Virus record (IMG/VR): IMGVR_UViG_3300035182_002586
Location: 427,585 to 491,584 of that record
Source: a virus
Length of the DNA stretch: 64,000 nucleotides
Strand: one strand, 5' to 3'
Below are positions 63,173 to 64,000 of the stretch, piece by piece (position 1 is the stretch's first letter; every line of letters begins with the position of its first letter). The notes beneath the pieces are model-generated. The model was given only the letters and a program-made list of their open reading frames with translations. It was not told the DNA's origin and searched no databases. The translations under genes and the position numbers were made by a program.

Positions 63173-63409
63173 ATGACCACGACGACCGCCCCCGCCATCG
63201 ACGCGATGCTCGAAGTTCTCCTGACCGCGTGGGCGCTGTCGCAGGTCAAGGGCCCGGCCCCGAAGCTGAACGTGGCCTTCCCGCCCCGCCTCCAGTCGGC
63301 CCTCCGCAAGGCCCGCAAGCTCGAATACGTAACCGTCGACGATGCCGGCGTCTACCTCGACGAACTCGGCTGCCTCTACCTCGCCGAACACGGCAACCCC
63401 CAGATCTGA
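63173..63409 (+). CDS. hypothetical protein 78 aa
   Basis: full motif TCGGATGGATCGG-N-CTGTAGAGGGGAC-ATG. Confidence 0.65.
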   Translation: MTTTTAPAIDAMLEVLLTAWALSQVKGPAPKLNVAFPPRLQSALRKARKLEYVTVDDAGVYLDELGCLYLAEHGNPQI

Positions 63410-63419
63410 GGAAGTCACC

Positions 63420-63716
63420 ATGGAACGCACCACCGACCTCGACGTCATCCGCAAGCACCGCGCCCGCTTCACGTGGGGCAGCGTCCAGGAAATCCACGAC
63501 ATCGGCCCCTACACGATCGTCGAGTACATCTCCCGCAACCGAGACAAGGAAGACGAGACCTGCTTCCACGTCTACGTCGACGGCAAGAACACCAGCTCGT
63601 CGACCTCGACGCTCGAAGGCGCCATGATCCTCGCCATCGCCCACAAGCACCTGGAGGTCAACGAGGCTCGCTACATGGCGATGGCCGCCTGCAAGATCCT
63701 CGGCGTCAAGGAGTAG
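63420..63716 (+). CDS. hypothetical protein 98 aa
   Basis: ORF-track frame. Confidence 0.55.
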   Translation: MERTTDLDVIRKHRARFTWGSVQEIHDIGPYTIVEYISRNRDKEDETCFHVYVDGKNTSSSTSTLEGAMILAIAHKHLEVNEARYMAMAACKILGVKE

Positions 63717-63724
63717 GTGACCCC

Positions 63725-63874
63725 ATGCCCGACAGGTCCCTGATCCGCGCGCTGCTCCTGGTCGCGTACCACCTCACCCGCTGCTTGCTGGTTGCGGTGG
63801 CCCTGCTGCCGCTCGTCGGCTTCATCTGGTTCCTCGGGCTGTTCTTCGAGTGGGCGCCACAGGAAGGGGCGTAG
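63725..63874 (+). CDS. small membrane protein 49 aa
   Basis: hydrophobic. Confidence 0.35.
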   Translation: MPDRSLIRALLLVAYHLTRCLLVAVALLPLVGFIWFLGLFFEWAPQEGA

Positions 63875-63876
63875 CG

Positions 63877-64000
63877 ATGTCCACGAACACGTTCCCCAAC
63901 TGGCTGGCCCTCATGGAGACCTGGTTGTGGGTCCACCACAAGGGTCAGCCCGCCGTCATCTTCTCCTACCCCATCGCCGGTCCTGATCCTGGCTTCGCCG
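63877..64000 (+). CDS. hypothetical protein, 5' part (continues beyond window)
   Basis: ATG 2 nt after previous stop. Confidence 0.3.
   Translation, partial: MSTNTFPNWLALMETWLWVHHKGQPAVIFSYPIAGPDPGFA

Noticed and set aside
2789-63175. Possibility that the repeated 10-15 nt blocks are a CRISPR array or other tandem repeat
   Set aside because: Copies are 300-5000 bp apart, always abut a start codon, and occur on both strands. They are not regularly spaced direct repeats with unique spacers.

Overview
High-GC (roughly two-thirds G+C by eye), very gene-dense segment that looks like part of a large actinobacterial bacteriophage or phage-derived element. About 155 short, often translationally coupled protein-coding genes (ATGA/GTGA/TGATG start-stop overlaps). 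I saw no rRNA, tRNA or CRISPR. I could not recognise any capsid, portal, terminase, tail, DNA polymerase or integrase gene in these 64 kb. Layout: a leftward gene block (1-2690), a divergent control region (2691-2825), then long rightward gene runs interrupted by short leftward cassettes (5246-5608, 7510-7743, 9476-10421, 17280-18113, 19614-19790, 22892-23675, 25920-26399, 28271-28489, 29014-29436, 30845-34047, 34506-35515, 35905-37919, 40966-41517, 44365-45509, 58619-61341, 62125-62634). The most striking feature is a composite start-associated motif placed immediately 5' of many start codons. Its full form is TGATGGATCG-N14-16-sGGTAGTAGGGAC-ATG, with the G of GATGG about 35-36 nt before the ATG. 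There are about 23 full copies on both strands. A shorter GGTGTA(C/G)-N9-17-ATG flavour is found at most other genes, arranged as a palindromic TACACC-Nx-GGTGTA pair between divergent genes. It resembles the SAS/ESAS of mycobacteriophage Cluster K but has a different sequence. Recognisable products: SMC/ABC-type ATPase, calcineurin-like metallophosphoesterase, three HNH-family homing-endonuclease-like genes with visibly lower GC (one degenerate NUMOD3+HNH), macro domain, NADAR domain, Rnl-type RNA ligase, a stand-alone class-II aaRS anticodon-binding domain, MoaA-like radical SAM with twitch-like C-terminus, DUF444/YeaH VWA protein plus flotillin/SPFH protein with its own wHTH regulator and hairpin terminators, ParB-like nuclease domain, HicA-like protein, minimal nucleotidyltransferase, sigma-70 region-4-only protein, atypical receiver domain, DUF1003, DUF1653, DUF488-like, a very acidic DEDYD-repeat zinc-finger protein, and Tat-signal, lipoprotein and papain-like peptidase candidates. 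Most of the long ORFs in the six-frame track that are antisense or Arg/Gly/Pro-rich are high-GC artefacts and were rejected. Coordinates for CDS follow the ORF-track frames, with starts adjusted to motif-supported ATG/GTG. Coordinates for motifs and hairpins are approximate to a few nt.
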